Shown: positions 12,896-26,022, numbered from the stretch's first letter. The stretch: 64,000 nt of DNA from Callorhinchus milii (GCF_018977255.1 NW_024704742.1:69008001-69072000); one strand, 5' to 3'. Notes: a model not told the origin generated them from the letters alone. Made by a program: numbers and translations.

Positions 12896-14718
12896 CGAGC
12901 TGAACGGAGCTAAATCTGTCCCTAAAAGGCAAACCTATTAAATTGTTTAATATTAGAATTATTCATATATTTTATAATTTATTATTATTTTATTTTTTAT
13001 TAATTTATTAATACTAATAAGTAATCAGTATATTAATAAAGAGTGTTACTTGTTTGATATTGATATTATTTAATACTTAAAAAATATTGCATTGGATTTG
13101 AGGCACAGATCAGCCATGATTTAATGAAATATTGGAACAGGCTCGAGGGGCTGAATGGCCTACTCCTGTTCCCATGTTTCTATATATAAACACGGAGAAG
13201 CGCAGGTAAGCGACTGCAAAGTGCTGGGGAAGCAAGCGCTGAGAAATTAGAAGCATAAACTCACAGTGAGAAAGAAACAAAATGTCAAGCATAAGTCAAC
13301 AGAAGTCAGGTGCAAGCAGCAGGCAATATAAATCCGCTTCATTCGGCAAAGCACAGCGGGGAAGGAAATTATGAGAGGAAGATAAATGGAATAGCCGGGG
13401 GGAAATTGGCAATGCAAATGCTCGTGGAAACCATCAATCTTACTTTGGGTCAGTTTATGGGTTTAGTCTTAGGTTTGCCCAATTTCAAATAAAACCAGTC
13501 AGCAAATGATTGCATTAACATTCCGACATATAGGTGCAAGCCTTTATAGATGGTGGTGCCTAAATAATATCTATTTCACCCACAAAATACACAGTCAATT
13601 CATTTTGCAGTATATTCTATGAAGCACGTTGAGACATCTTGAAGACCTAATAAGGTGCTATATCAAATGCAAAGATTATTATTAATATTTACTCCAACAG
13701 CACTGGAGGTGACACAATAACCACCAGCTCTGAATAGCTTTTGCTACATGATAATAATAATCCTTGCATTTGATAAGTGCCTTATCACATCGTTGAGACG
13801 TCTCAAAGCGCTTCACATAATATACTAAAAAGTAGATTGACTGTATCTTTTGTAGGAGAAACGCAGCAGCCAATTGCGCACAGCAGTGTCCCACAAACAG
13901 TTGTGTGTTGAATGACCAAATTTTTGTTTTTGAAGGGATTATTACCCCCAGAAAAAGATTCGCCAATAATTCCCCCCCTCTGACTTCATCAACCACAAAA
14001 CATACAGTCAATTCACAGTATATTTTGTGAAGCGCTTTGAGACATCTTAATGACATGATAAGGCACTATTTCAAATGCAAGGATTACTATTATTATTATT
14101 ATTATTCCCACCAATACTTATTTCTCTTTTATGCACAGTGTCACAGGATTTCTAACATCCACCCAAACAATTAATCAGAGATGAGGTGGCCCCGATGAGC
14201 AGCTCACTGGACCGGGAGTGGGCAGGCTTTGACAACAAGTTGGTTTATCATCTTATTCAAAGGGCTCACGTCTGACAATGCAGCATTCTCCCCACCCCCC
14301 GCACTGCACTGGAGTGCCAGTTAATTCAGAGTCCCGACGTGAACCGTATGTCTCAAAGGCAAGTGAGACTGAGCCAGATTGACTCAGGCGGACTTTAAAG
14401 ATTTTACAAAGGCTGTACAGCACAGAAACTGGTAACCTAACCGACCTAACCAGTCTATGCCTGTGTTTAACACTCCACAAAAGTCTTCACCCTCTCCTTA
14501 CTTCCTCCTACACCTCGCAAACAATTTGTGCACAGGAATGTCCCACAACAACAAGATCAACAACAACTTACATTTATATAGTCACTTCACGCCAGACTGC
14601 ATCTCAGAACACTTAAGCAGCCATGAAGCAAATGATCAGTTTTTATCTACTTACTTTATTTTACTTATCTATTTATTTTATTTGGGGAGAGGGTATTGTT
14701 GGCCAGGAAACCTCCCTT

Positions 14719-15045
14719 AATAATAATAATAATAATAAACCTTGCATTTGATATAGCGCTTTTCACGTCGGGAGGACGTCCCAAAGCGCTTCACAGAACA
14801 CACTGTAAAGTGAATTGACTGTATATTTGTGGGCGAACGCAGCAGCCAATTGCGCACAGCAATGTCCCACAAACAGTCGTAGATTGAAAATGATCAATTT
14901 ATTATTGTTTTGGGTTTTGGAGGGATTATTATTAGGCTCTGTGTGGAGTAAGGAAACTTGCCCAAGGTTTCGCCCTCTGCCTGGAATTGAACTCAGGTCT
15001 CTCATTTGCAAAGCGAGTGCTCTAACCACTGAGCTACAGGACTCC
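14719..15045 (-). mobile_element. Young tRNA-Ala-headed SINE (counterpart of 429-758)
   Basis: Same sequence and flanks as 429-758. Confidence 0.9.
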
Positions 15046-15439
15046 CTTCTCTTTTCGAATAGTGCCAGGAATCTTTAACGTCCACCTGAACAGGTAGACG
15101 GTACCTCAGTTTAACGTCTCATCATAGGCGGTGGGTGGTTGGGGCTAGACTCTGCTAACTCGTTGTCAAAGCCTGCCCACTCCCGGTCCAGTGAGCTGCT
15201 CATCGGGGCCACCTCATCTCTGATTAACTGATCGGCCTCATAGTCTGCAGTGAGGAGGGCAGGGCAACCATCTTTGAAACTGCTTTAAAGGGGACCAGCC
15301 TTTCAATAATAATAATATAATGATAATCCTTGCATAATTCCCCAAGAAAAGAAAATAATAATATGGGCACTCAAATCAACGACTGTTTGTGGGACACTGC
15401 TGTGCGCAATTGGCTGCCGCATTTCGCCCACAAAATATA

Positions 15440-16732
15440 CAACAACAACAACAAAATTACATTTATAGAGTGCCTTTCACGTCGAGAGGACACCTCAAAG
15501 TGCTGAACAGTCAGGTGTAGGGGTCCGAGCATGGGGGAGGGGTGGTATAGGGGTGAAGGAAGACAGAGAGTTGGGAGGGCGACCAAAGGCACGATCGAAG
15601 AAATGGGTCTTGAAACCAACCTTGAAGGAGGCAAGGGAGGAACCGAGGCGAAGGGACCGTGGGATGGAGTTCCAGAACGTGGGGGCAGAGAGGTTGAAAG
15701 CCCGGCCACCGATGGTCGGGCAGGAGACATGGAGACAGGCCAGAGCCCGATGAACGGAGGGAGTGGGCAGCTTGGTAGGGAGTCAGCAGGTCAGAGAGGT
15801 AGGAGAGGGCAAGGCTATGGATGGCCTTAAAGGTGAGGACGAGGATCTTGAACTCGGTCCTCTGGGGGATGGGGAGCCAGTGGAGTCGGGCGAGGGTGGG
15901 AGTGATGGGGTCACGGAGCCTGGTGCGTGAGAGTACACGATCTGCGGAGCTTTGGGTGATCTGCAGCTTGTGAAGGAAAGAGTTGGGAAGGCCGATGAGA
16001 AGGGAGTTTACGTAATCGAGCCTTGAGGTGACGAATGCATGGGTGAGGGTTTCAGCAGCCTGAGGGGTGAGGCAGTGGTAGAGTCTGGCAATGTTGCGGA
16101 GGCAACATGGCATGGATATGGGGGAGAAAGGCCAGTTCAGGGTCAAACAAGACACCCAAGTTCCTGACTGGCTTAGTGAGGTTGAGTGTGCAGCCATAGA
16201 GTGGAGTCCTGTAGCTCAGTGGTTAGAGCACTCGCTTTGCAAGTGAGAGACCTGAGTTCAATTCCAGGCAGAGGGCGAAACCTTGGGCAAGTTTCCTTAC
16301 TCCACACAGAGCCTAATAATAATCCCTCCAAAACTAAAAACAATAATTAATTGGTCATTTTCAATCTACGACTGTTTGTGGACATTGCTGTGCACAATTG
16401 GCTGCCGCGTTCGCCCACAAATATACAGTCAATTCACTTTACAGTGTGTTCTGTTAAGCGCTTTGGGACGTCCTCCCGACGTGAAAAGCGCTATATCAAA
16501 TGCAAGGATTATTATTATATTATTATAGAGGCTGATGCTGCCAGCGCCTGAGTTGCGGAGGTGCTGGCGCGAGCCAATCAGGAGTGCCTCAGACTTGCTG
16601 ACGTTGAGTTGGAGAAAGTCATCCCTGGTCCAGGACTTGATGTCGGACAGGCAGTTGGTCAGGACGCCAGCAGTCCTGGAGTTGAGGGTGGAGGCAGAGA
16701 GATAGAGTTGGGTGTCATCCACATACATGTGA
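15440..16732 (-). mobile_element. 5'-truncated L2 LINE interrupted by a SINE
   Basis: RT/C-terminal peptides [33 protein letters not shown]; (CAA)n tail at 15440. Confidence 0.93.
16202..16524 (+). mobile_element. Young tRNA-Ala-headed SINE with 6-bp TSD
   Basis: TSD atagag at 16196-16201 and 16525-16530; empty site visible at 1071-1076. Confidence 0.95.
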
Positions 16733-17675
16733 ATATTTGAATACGGTCAATTCACTTTACAGTATATTCTGTGAAGCACTTTGAGACTTCTAGAAGACGT
16801 GAAAAGCGCTATATCAAATGCAAGGATTATTATTATTATTATTGTTGATATAGCGCCTTGTCACGTCATTGAGACGTCTCAAAGCCTTTCACAGAATATA
16901 CTGTAAAATGGATTGACTGCATATGTTTAGGCATAACATGGCAGCCAATTGTGCACAGCAGTGTCCCACAAACAGTCATGGATTCAAATTGAGTTTTAAT
17001 TGAATTTTACTCAGTCTCTAATAAAAAATATTTTCACCCTCTGTCTAGGTACTGTTACGAGTGAAGGGTTGTTATTATTATCATCAAATAAACGCAGCAT
17101 AATGTAATTGCCACAAATGGGAGCTTTATCTCATCCATTTAAAACAATTAAGAGATGTCTGAATGCTCATTTAAATACTAATTGCACCGTTCAGTACTTA
17201 ATAAACATAGTAATTACCAGTCACCAATGTATTTAACAAACAGACAATTAATTCAGTGCCCATTATTCAGAGATAGCCTGGGGCCTAGAATATTCCCTCT
17301 CAGCAACCAGTACACCACATATCCTGACTCTATCTGGTATTCTGGGTCCACTTTGAAGGAATTTAGCTATGTAGAGAGCTCAAAATATCACGCTGATCTG
17401 GAGTTTTTAGATGGATTCAGTGTTAGGGTCCAAAACGTGGGTTATTGAAGTTCCGTCACTTACACTATTTAACAGGGAATTTCATAAAATAATAATAATG
17501 ATCCATGCAATTGATACAGCACGTTGCACATCAGGAGGATGGCTCAAAGCAATTCACAGGCTGTACCATAAAGTTGAATGACTGTGTTTTGCAGGCAAAC
17601 ATTAAACCTGTAAAAATGAAAGTACAGAGAAAGAAGCAGAACAATGGGATTAGAATAGATCGATGAGGGGCTGAG

Positions 17676-17870
17676 ATTTCTCTCTTTCTCTTTTCTTCCT
17701 CTTTTGTTTCTTCCTCCTTCCTTCTTTCCCTTGATCATTCATTTGTTCTTACCTTTTTTCTCTCTTTTTTTCTCTCTCCTTCCCTTGTTCATTGAATCAT
17801 TTGTTTGTTCGATTGTTCTTGCTTTCTTTTATTCTTTTGTTCTTTCATTCTTTCTTTCCTTCCTTCTCAT
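17676..17870. repeat. CT/T-rich low-complexity tract
   Basis: ttctt/ttc arrays. Confidence 0.85.
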
Positions 17871-19289
17871 TGGTTTGTGCCATTTCAAAGTACAGTTTGT
17901 TTAAAGAACATGCACTCAACACCATGAAAAAGCAGCTTATCTGTCTGAGTACCACATCAATGCCCGCCAGCGGGCAACGCCCTGTGGAAACAGCCACAAA
18001 TTCATGGCACAGTTTGATCCAAGATCCACACAGGTTAGGAACTCACCCAGGCACGGTTTTCCAACATGAAGGACATTATACAAGTGTAACCATCCTCCTA
18101 CCATCCCTGACCTCCACCCTCTCTGATCCTGACCCACAGCTCAAGTCGAAATCCCTGACTGTCCAGTGCCTTGGAACATCTTCCCAATGTAATTAATGAG
18201 GGTTATTAATGACAGGAACAGGAAGCGTGATTAAGGCCAAGACAGTGTGACTCATTTAAAAAAACAGCTCGATGTTGTAGAAGGATGGGAAGGCAGGTGT
18301 TCTGGAAGGATAATAATAATAATAATAATAGTAACAATCCTTGCATATGATATAGCGTCTTATCACGTCTTTAGAATATCTCAAAGCACTTCACAGAATA
18401 TACTGTAGAGTGAATTTACTGTATATTTTGTAGTCAAAATGCGGCAGCCAATTGCATTCAGCAGTGTCCCACAAACAGTCATGGATTATTATTATTTTGA
18501 AGGGATTATTACTGTTGAAAAAGCGATCTGCCAATCCACTAACAACGGGTTCCTACTTACTGCTAGGTAAGGAACTGCTTGTCAGGTGAATGTTTTAACT
18601 AATACACTTTCCGACTCCACGAAGCATGAGTTCCAATGGGCTGAAAGGTCTTCAGCTGAACCAATCTTGTGATGATGTGACCTTAAGGTGTGCAGCATTG
18701 ACTGGTTTCAGCCCCAAACCCTGCCCTACGGCTGCGGCTCTGTAGACAAGGTGAAAGAGCCATCAGTGCTTACATTTAATGACCAAATGCCTGGCTTTGA
18801 AAAACGCATGCATTTTTCTTCTGCTGGTCTGCAAAAAGGTCTGGAATACATAAAACATGACAATTATTCCAGATGAATAAATCCTGATATCTCTAATGCC
18901 GATAATTTTAGTTAAATGCTGCTTTTCATAAAGCCAGCTCAGCGGGGCTTTCATTATTTGATGAAACGGACTCTCTTAAATTGACTGGAGTGTCGTGCGT
19001 GACCATCTCTACAAGTTAATACCTTTCGAATTTCAATCTTGCTGCTTTACTGGAATTAGAAGAATCTTATTGAAAGGTCTATGAAATGAGGAGAATGCTC
19101 ATTTATCAATTTGCTGAAACTAAACCATTCAAAGAAAAGACCAGTCACTGGGGGCAGGGAGTCATCCCACTCAGCTGCTGTTAACCCTGCAAGCCAAACA
19201 CCTAACAGGTGGGATGGTCCTAGCTGGACAAGCAGCGGGAAAGCTTGCCAGACAGCAATATCAATGGTAAATTATGTGGTTTTAGCTGG

Positions 19290-19560
19290 TTAGACTCCAG
19301 CAGTTACCCCAACGCACACTCTGGGGTCCCCAAGCCTTGGCTCTTATCAACCTGCGCCTAATATTTTCTGGAATTAGTTAATCAGGATGTGTCTTTCCAG
19401 GGAGAGAGTCCATTCCATTCTAACAACTATCTCTGGGATTTCCATGTGTAGGTGGATGCATGGAATTCTCAGTTTGGTTTGGATGCTCTTAAGCATGGGG
19501 ATAGGTGGGACACCCGGCTGATCAAAACAAAGGAAAGACCTTCCAGGGTAATGCAGCTAT
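19290..19560 (+). repeat. Copy of an unassigned old dispersed repeat family
   Basis: Aligns by eye with 47710-47955 (+), 52740-52892 (-), 61200-61350 (+), 61395-61555 (-) and 38870-38936 (+). Confidence 0.75.
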
Positions 19561-20551
19561 TCACCACGAACAAGAACAACTGCATTTCTCAAACTTTCCC
19601 AATATGCATTTACGTAATAATAATCCTTGCATTTGATATAGCACCTTATCACATCACCAAACATCTCAAAGTGCTTCACAGGATTTACTGTAAAGTGTAA
19701 TGGCTGTATGTTTTTTAGGTGGAAGTGGCAGCAAATATACGCATAACAATAGTCTACGTCGGGTCTTTGAACTCACAGCATCTGGACTGACACTCTAGTG
19801 CAATCCTGGGGGTGTCGGAGGTGCCATCTTTCAGATGAGACGTCAAACCAAGGTCCCGTCTGCCTGTTCAGGTGGATGTTAATGATCCCAAGGCATTATT
19901 CGAAAAGAGAAGAGAGTTTCTCTCTCCCAGTTTCCGGGCTAATGATCCCTACCTATAAAATTGATCATTCACTTCATGCTTGTTTGTGGGACGGTGCTGT
20001 ACACAAATTAGCTACCACGTTTGCCAACTGAACACAATCGTTACACTTTTCAATAAATTCTGTGAAGCGCTTTAGGCCAAGTAGATGGGGTGATAAGGCG
20101 CTTTATCAAATGCAAGGATTATTTCTTTAATATCCGTATTTTGCTGGCCTATTGCACAAATGGAGTGAAGAGTAATAAGAGAAACGTACCGAGGCTCTTC
20201 TGTATATCATGGGCAGTGAGCCATGCTTTAATGCTATTTCCATATCTCACATCCTGAATGAAGGGAAAAAGATCGTAACTGTTAGACAACAACTCGTAAA
20301 ATGTAAAATCATTTATAACAGCTTTGTGTGTGACGAGATTAAAAAATGGTGGTCATTTTTTACTGTTGATTTAAGAGTGAACTCAGCCCTGGTTTTAATG
20401 AACGAGCTGCGTGGGAAGAAATAAAAATCACAAATAAAAATATAAAGTGACTCCAGGTGGAGAGGAGCTTGTATTAACTGGTTACCTGCCAAACCTTTGT
20501 CTCTAACCGGTGAAACACTACAGGGCTCTAAATTATGTACATATTAATATC

Positions 20552-21163
20552 ATAATAATAATCCTTGCATTTGATACAGTGTCTTATCATGCCTTCAAAC
20601 AGTCTCAAAGCGCTTCACAGAATACACTAAATGAATATAATAAAGTGAATTGACTGTATATTTAGTGGGCGAAACGCAGCAGCCAATTGTGCTCAGCAGT
20701 GTCCCACAAGCAGTCGTGGATTGAGTGACCAGTTTTTTTAAGGGATTATTACCAGCACAAAAGCGATCCGCCAATCAACTAACAACCAGGTTCCTATTTA
20801 CTGCTAGGGAAGCAGAGACGTGTGGAGTAAGGAAACTTGCCCAATGTTTTGCCCTGCCAGGGAATCAAACCAATGTACTTTCTGCAGGTCCACTTCCCAC
20901 ACGAAATGTGGGGTTTACTTAGGAAGTAGGAATCCAGTTGTTAGTAGATTGGCGAATCACTTTTGGGGGTAATAATCCCTCAAAAAATATGTGGTCGCTC
21001 ATTCCACAATTGTTTATGGAATACTGCTGTGCAAAATTGGCTGCTGTGTTTCCCCCACAAAATACACAGTCAATTCACATTACAGTATATTCTGTGAAGC
21101 GCTTTGAGACGTCTCAATGACCTGATAAGATGCTATATCAAATGCAAGGATTATTATTATTAT
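20552..21163. mobile_element. Two SINEs in inverted, tails-outward arrangement (20552-20870 minus, 20915-21163 plus)
   Basis: Complementary SINE bodies with (AAT)n and (ATT)n at the outer ends. Confidence 0.85.
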
Positions 21164-21380
21164 TTACGATGTTCCAGTGAGCTTCAATAGACAGCCAGAG
21201 GCAGGTTAGATGGAGATTGATGGTGTCCTCTACATTGTATTAGCAAAGCAATTTATTAGTTTAAAATCAATAGGCAATGAAATATTCCTTCATATTTATT
21301 ATTACGTGGGTCACCAACTCTAGTAGTTTCTAGAATCATGTTGTGTTGAGGCCTGTTAACCCTTTCTGGACCGGAGACTT
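21107..21380 (+). repeat. Dispersed direct repeat, copy 1 (copy 2 at 26023-26319)
   Basis: SINE tail plus ~215 bp of non-SINE flank shared between the two loci. Confidence 0.92.
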
Positions 21381-21453
21381 TTTTGTTTCTTTAATTTATT
21401 TGTGTTTCGCACACAAAATCCCAATTATGATAATAATCGTTGCTTTTGATATA

Positions 21454-22560
21454 CAATAACAACAACCAAATTACATTTGTATAGCGCCTGTCACAACGGG
21501 AGGATGTTCCAAGGCCCTGGACAAATGGAGTTATGGAACCGAGCTGGGGGTCGGCGAGGGTGGAGGGCAGGGGGAGAAGCAGGGAGATCGAAAGCACGGT
21601 CGAAGAGGAGCATCTTAAGATGGGTCTTGAAGGTAGCGAGGGAGGGGGCGAGGCGGAGGGACTGCAGGATGAAGTTCCAGAGGGTGGGGGCAGAATGGCG
21701 GAAGCCTTGCCCACCAATAGGGGGGCGAGCAAGGCGGGGGACATGAAGCAGGCCGGAGCCCGCTGAGCGGGGTGAGCGAACAGGATGGTGAGGGGTTAAG
21801 AGGTCGCAGAGGTAGGGGAGGGAGCAAACCATCGAGGGCTTTGAAGGTGAGGACCAGGATCTTGAACTGTATCCTCTGTGTGATGGGAAGCCAGTGGAGT
21901 TGGGCGAGGATGAGGGTGATAGGGTCGCGGAGCCTAGTGCGGAAGAGGACACGGGCTGCAGAGTTCAGGATGATCTGCAGCCTATGGAGGGAGGAGTTGG
22001 GGAGGCCAACAAGCAGGGAGTTTGCATAGTCGAGCCTCGATGTAATGAAAGCGTGTATGAGGGTTTCGGTGACCTGCGGTGTGAGATAGTGGCGGAGTCG
22101 GGCAATGTTGCGGAGGTGGGGGAAGGCAGAGCGGTTCATGGCACAGATGTGGGGTAGAAAGGATAGTTGAGGGTCAAACAAGACTCTTAGGTTCTGGACT
22201 GGCTTCGTAAGGTGGAGTGTGCATCCGTGGATGCTGATGCTGTCAGCGCCTGAGGTGAGGAGGCGCTGACAGGAGCCAATCAGGAGGGTCTCAGTCTTGT
22301 TGACATTCAACTGAAGAAAGTTCACTCTCATCCAGGACTTGATGTCCGACAGGCAGTTTGTCAGGACAGCAGTGGTCCTGGAGTCAAGGGTGGAGGCAGA
22401 GAGATAGAGTTGGGTGTCATTCGCATACATGTGGAAGTTGACCCCATGTCTGTGGATGATGTCACCAAGAGGGAGCATATAGATATTGAAGAGGAGGGGA
22501 CCAAGGACAGAGCCCTGAGGAACATCACACGAGACAGTGTAGGGGCTAGAGGAGAAACCT
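21454..22560 (-). mobile_element. 5'-truncated L2 LINE (~1.1 kb)
   Basis: ORF 21615-22478: [27 protein letters not shown]...[13 protein letters not shown]...[15 protein letters not shown]; (CAA)-rich tail; splits a SINE tail. Confidence 0.95.
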
Positions 22561-23464
22561 TATAAAGCATCTTTTCACATCTTCAAGATGTTTCAAAGCG
22601 CTTCACTGAATATACTGTAAAGTAAATTGACTGTATATTTTGTGGGCAAAACACGGCAGTCAATTACGCACAGCAGTTTCCCACAAACAGTCATAGATTA
22701 AGTAACCAAGTTACTATTTTTTTGTGTGATTTTTTTTAAGGGTTTATTACTCTTCAAAAAATTACACAGTCAACTCTCGTTGCAGTATATTTTGTGAAGC
22801 GCTTTGAGACGTCTCAATTGTATGATAAGGCGCTATATCAAATGCAAGGATTATAATGTTTTATTTATCATGAAAATGCACATTCATTCTCTGCAGGAAC
22901 CTCAGCGTCACTGAATGGGAGCTGCCAGATCAGGTGTGTCATAAAACGTCATACCATGGACCGAACATTCACCTTCCCTATCCGAACCACTAAATCAAGG
23001 AATTAATTTTGCACTGATGCTAAACCACCAACAATTAGTCCTGTTTGTGGTCGGTTGCCTTTCAATCTGTGCTGTTGATAGGATTGTCACTTGGAAAAGG
23101 AATATTTCAGCTTCAATTGGGTGGAATCGGGTTTGTGGAGTCCTATAGTGTACTGGTTAGCGGGCTCGCCTCGCAAGTGAGAGGACCCGTGTTCGATTCC
23201 CAGGCGGAGAAAAACCTTAGTCAAGTTTTCTTTCTCCACATGCTTATGTTTACCTAGTAGTAAGTAGGAACCATGTTGTTAGTCGATAGGCAAATTGTTT
23301 TCCTGTGGTAATAATCCCTTCAGAAAAATAAATCAATAAAAAATAATAATAATTTGGTCACTCAATCCATGACTGTTTGTGGGACAAACTCCACCACTGT
23401 TAAGCGCTCTGAGACACTACCCTGCATGAGGGGTGCTATATAAATGCAAGTTGTTGTTGTATAG

Positions 23465-23747
23465 TCAGAGTCCTTTTCTTGATGTCTCAAAGTGTTTCAC
23501 AGAATATACTGTAAAGTGAATTAACTGTGTATTTGTGGGTGAAACGTGGTAGCCAATTGCACACAACAGTGTCCCACAAACAGTTGTGGATTGAAGTGAC
23601 CAATTTATCGTTGTTTTTTTTTCTTGAGAGGTTATTATCAGGTGTGTGGAGTAAAGAAACTTGACCAAGGTTTTGCCCTGCCGGGAATCAAAACAAGGTC
23701 TCTCGCTTGCGAGGCAAGTGCTCTAACCACTGAGCTACAGAACTCCT
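23465..23747 (-). mobile_element. tRNA-Ala-headed SINE (short body) nested in a plus-strand SINE (23156-23865)
   Basis: Head reverse complement gtgctctaaccactgagctacagaactcc; host SINE resumes at ~23765. Confidence 0.8.
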
Positions 23748-26022
23748 TAATATAAGTATAATGTAAAATATACAGTCAATTCACTTCACAGTATATTCTG
23801 TGAAATGCTTTGAGATATCTCGAATATGTTATAAGGCGCTATATCAAATGCAAGGATTATTATTAATAATAATAATATTATTATTACATCCAATGTAAGG
23901 ATTATTATCATTATTAAATGTCCTGCTTTCAACCAATGTCGTTTGATGACATAACGTGATGATCTGGCTTGGAGGAATTGCTGAGAGTGACAGCGTGCCA
24001 ACACTCAATTAACATCAGTAATGATACAGCCATTAACCTGGGGATGCTTCAGTGATCATGTCATTTCAACTGTGTATGTGTTAATCTCACTTTCTGCTGC
24101 TGTCTGGCTCAGCAGAACTCCTCCCAGACACTATTACCCAAAGCACTAACAGAAATAAGTGCATAATCAAAACTTACTAGCCTCAAAGATCTAGTGCATG
24201 AATTGCTGATTTGGTCTCCAGCTAATAATACTGGGAACTTGAGGTATGTGATGGGCTAACTGTTTTTCGCTGCCCTGTATGTTGTATTAGAGATGTGTGA
24301 CTCTGTTCTGAGTTCAAGCTCCACATTGTGGCATTTTGCTCACAGTCCATGCTGATGTTCAAATTCAATGTTAGAATAAAGCCCATCCTCTGTGATGGTC
24401 TCTAGTCCGGTTCCTGAGCTAGGTGGGTCCACAGTACTTTAGGGCACTGCTGATGACAGCACAGCCAGCCTGGCTCGTTGATAGGACTTGGAGGAGCAGA
24501 CTATTCATTGAGGTTGGGATTCTTCCCACTCAATTCCTGTTAATCTTGCAATTCCAAAAAAATTGGTTACTCAATCCCAACTGTTTGTGGGTCACTGCTG
24601 TGTGCAATTGGCTGCTGCGATTCACCCACAAAATATACAGTCAATCCATTTTACAATGTATTCTATGAATCGCTTTGAGACGTTTCATTGACGTGATAAG
24701 GTACTGTATCAAATGCAAGGATTATTATTATTATAAAGCCCTAACAGGTAGGACGGTCCTAGACAAGCATTGGGAAAGGTTGCATGTGCTCCTGACTTGA
24801 AATACGTTGTATAAGTGCAAATTGTATTGTAGAGGGAGAATCTTTGGGACACATCTTTGTGTTCCTCACTGGCTCCCTGCATGAGCTGGGCAGGGGTCTA
24901 ATGAATTTAGAGGCAAGACATTGTTCAGTAAGAGGGGGTCACCGTTGTATTTTTATCTATGTGGCGTCCGCTTTATTAATCTGAATGATTTATATTTTAG
25001 TATCTTTGAGGACTTGATGACCATTTAAACAAGGACACTTTCACCTTGTTTCACTTTAATAGGCTTTGTTTGTACTTTGCGCTCCAATTTATTAGAACTA
25101 TTCAATTTCTGCATTTAAACAAATTAATTCTGGTGAAGTTATCTGACTGCCTAACTTAGAATGTTTTCTTCATTGTCGTGATTTCCTGGTTGGAGTTAGC
25201 AGGAGAGGAAGTGTGAAGTTGTGTCAGCCTGGCTCAGTCGGTGTCGCTCTTGCATCTGAGTCAGAAAGTGGTGGGTTCAAGACCTGTGTTGAGTCAGCAC
25301 CAATGCCAATTTAGCATACCCCAGCACTGCGGCTTCAGCCGAGATTATGTGAGTTCAAATTTCCCAACATGGAACATTGCTGTGCGCAAACTGGCTGCTG
25401 CATTCACCTGCAAAATAGCCGGTCATTACACTTTACACTAAATCCTGTGAAGTGCTTTGAAATGTTCCAATGACATGATAGTGGCACGGGATCTTTAATG
25501 TTCATCTGAACAGGTGGGACCTCAGTTTACTGTCTCATCCAAAGGTCGGCATCTCCAAGAAGGAAGATACCCCCAACATGCACCGGAGCATCAGCCTAGA
25601 CTGTGGTGAGTTCAAGCCTCCTGACTGACTCGGCAGCGAGATTGCAAACAACTGAGTCAGGCTGACACCTGGCATTTTCCACTCTGCAATAATTGCCGCC
25701 ACTGATAATGTGAACTTCCCTCTGCAATTTTCCACATTGTTTCTCCTCAGCTCCCTTTTAACCATTGGTAATCTCTTGAATTTAATAGCCACTTGTACTT
25801 AGCTCCGAATCTCTGGAGAGAGATGATAGATAGGAGATTGAGAAGTGGGGATAATTACAGTGAAGAGTCTCCAATTATTCACGGATTTAGAAGTAAATTA
25901 AAAAAATGCAGAAAATGCAATGCTCATCACAATCTTACAGACTAATGGGCCCACCCCATCCTTATTCATACGCTGTTGCTCTCTCATGGAAAATTCATTC
26001 ATTGAGAAAATCAGAGCATGTC

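Noticed and set aside
12935..13090. AT-rich tract as a functional element (also 5210-5300, 35190-35262, 59990-60035)
   Set aside because: Low-complexity sequence consistent with decayed (ATT)n tails
21615..22478. 287-aa ORF as a host or domesticated gene
   Set aside because: Truncated L2 ORF2 with YADD mutated to YAND and a frameshifted end
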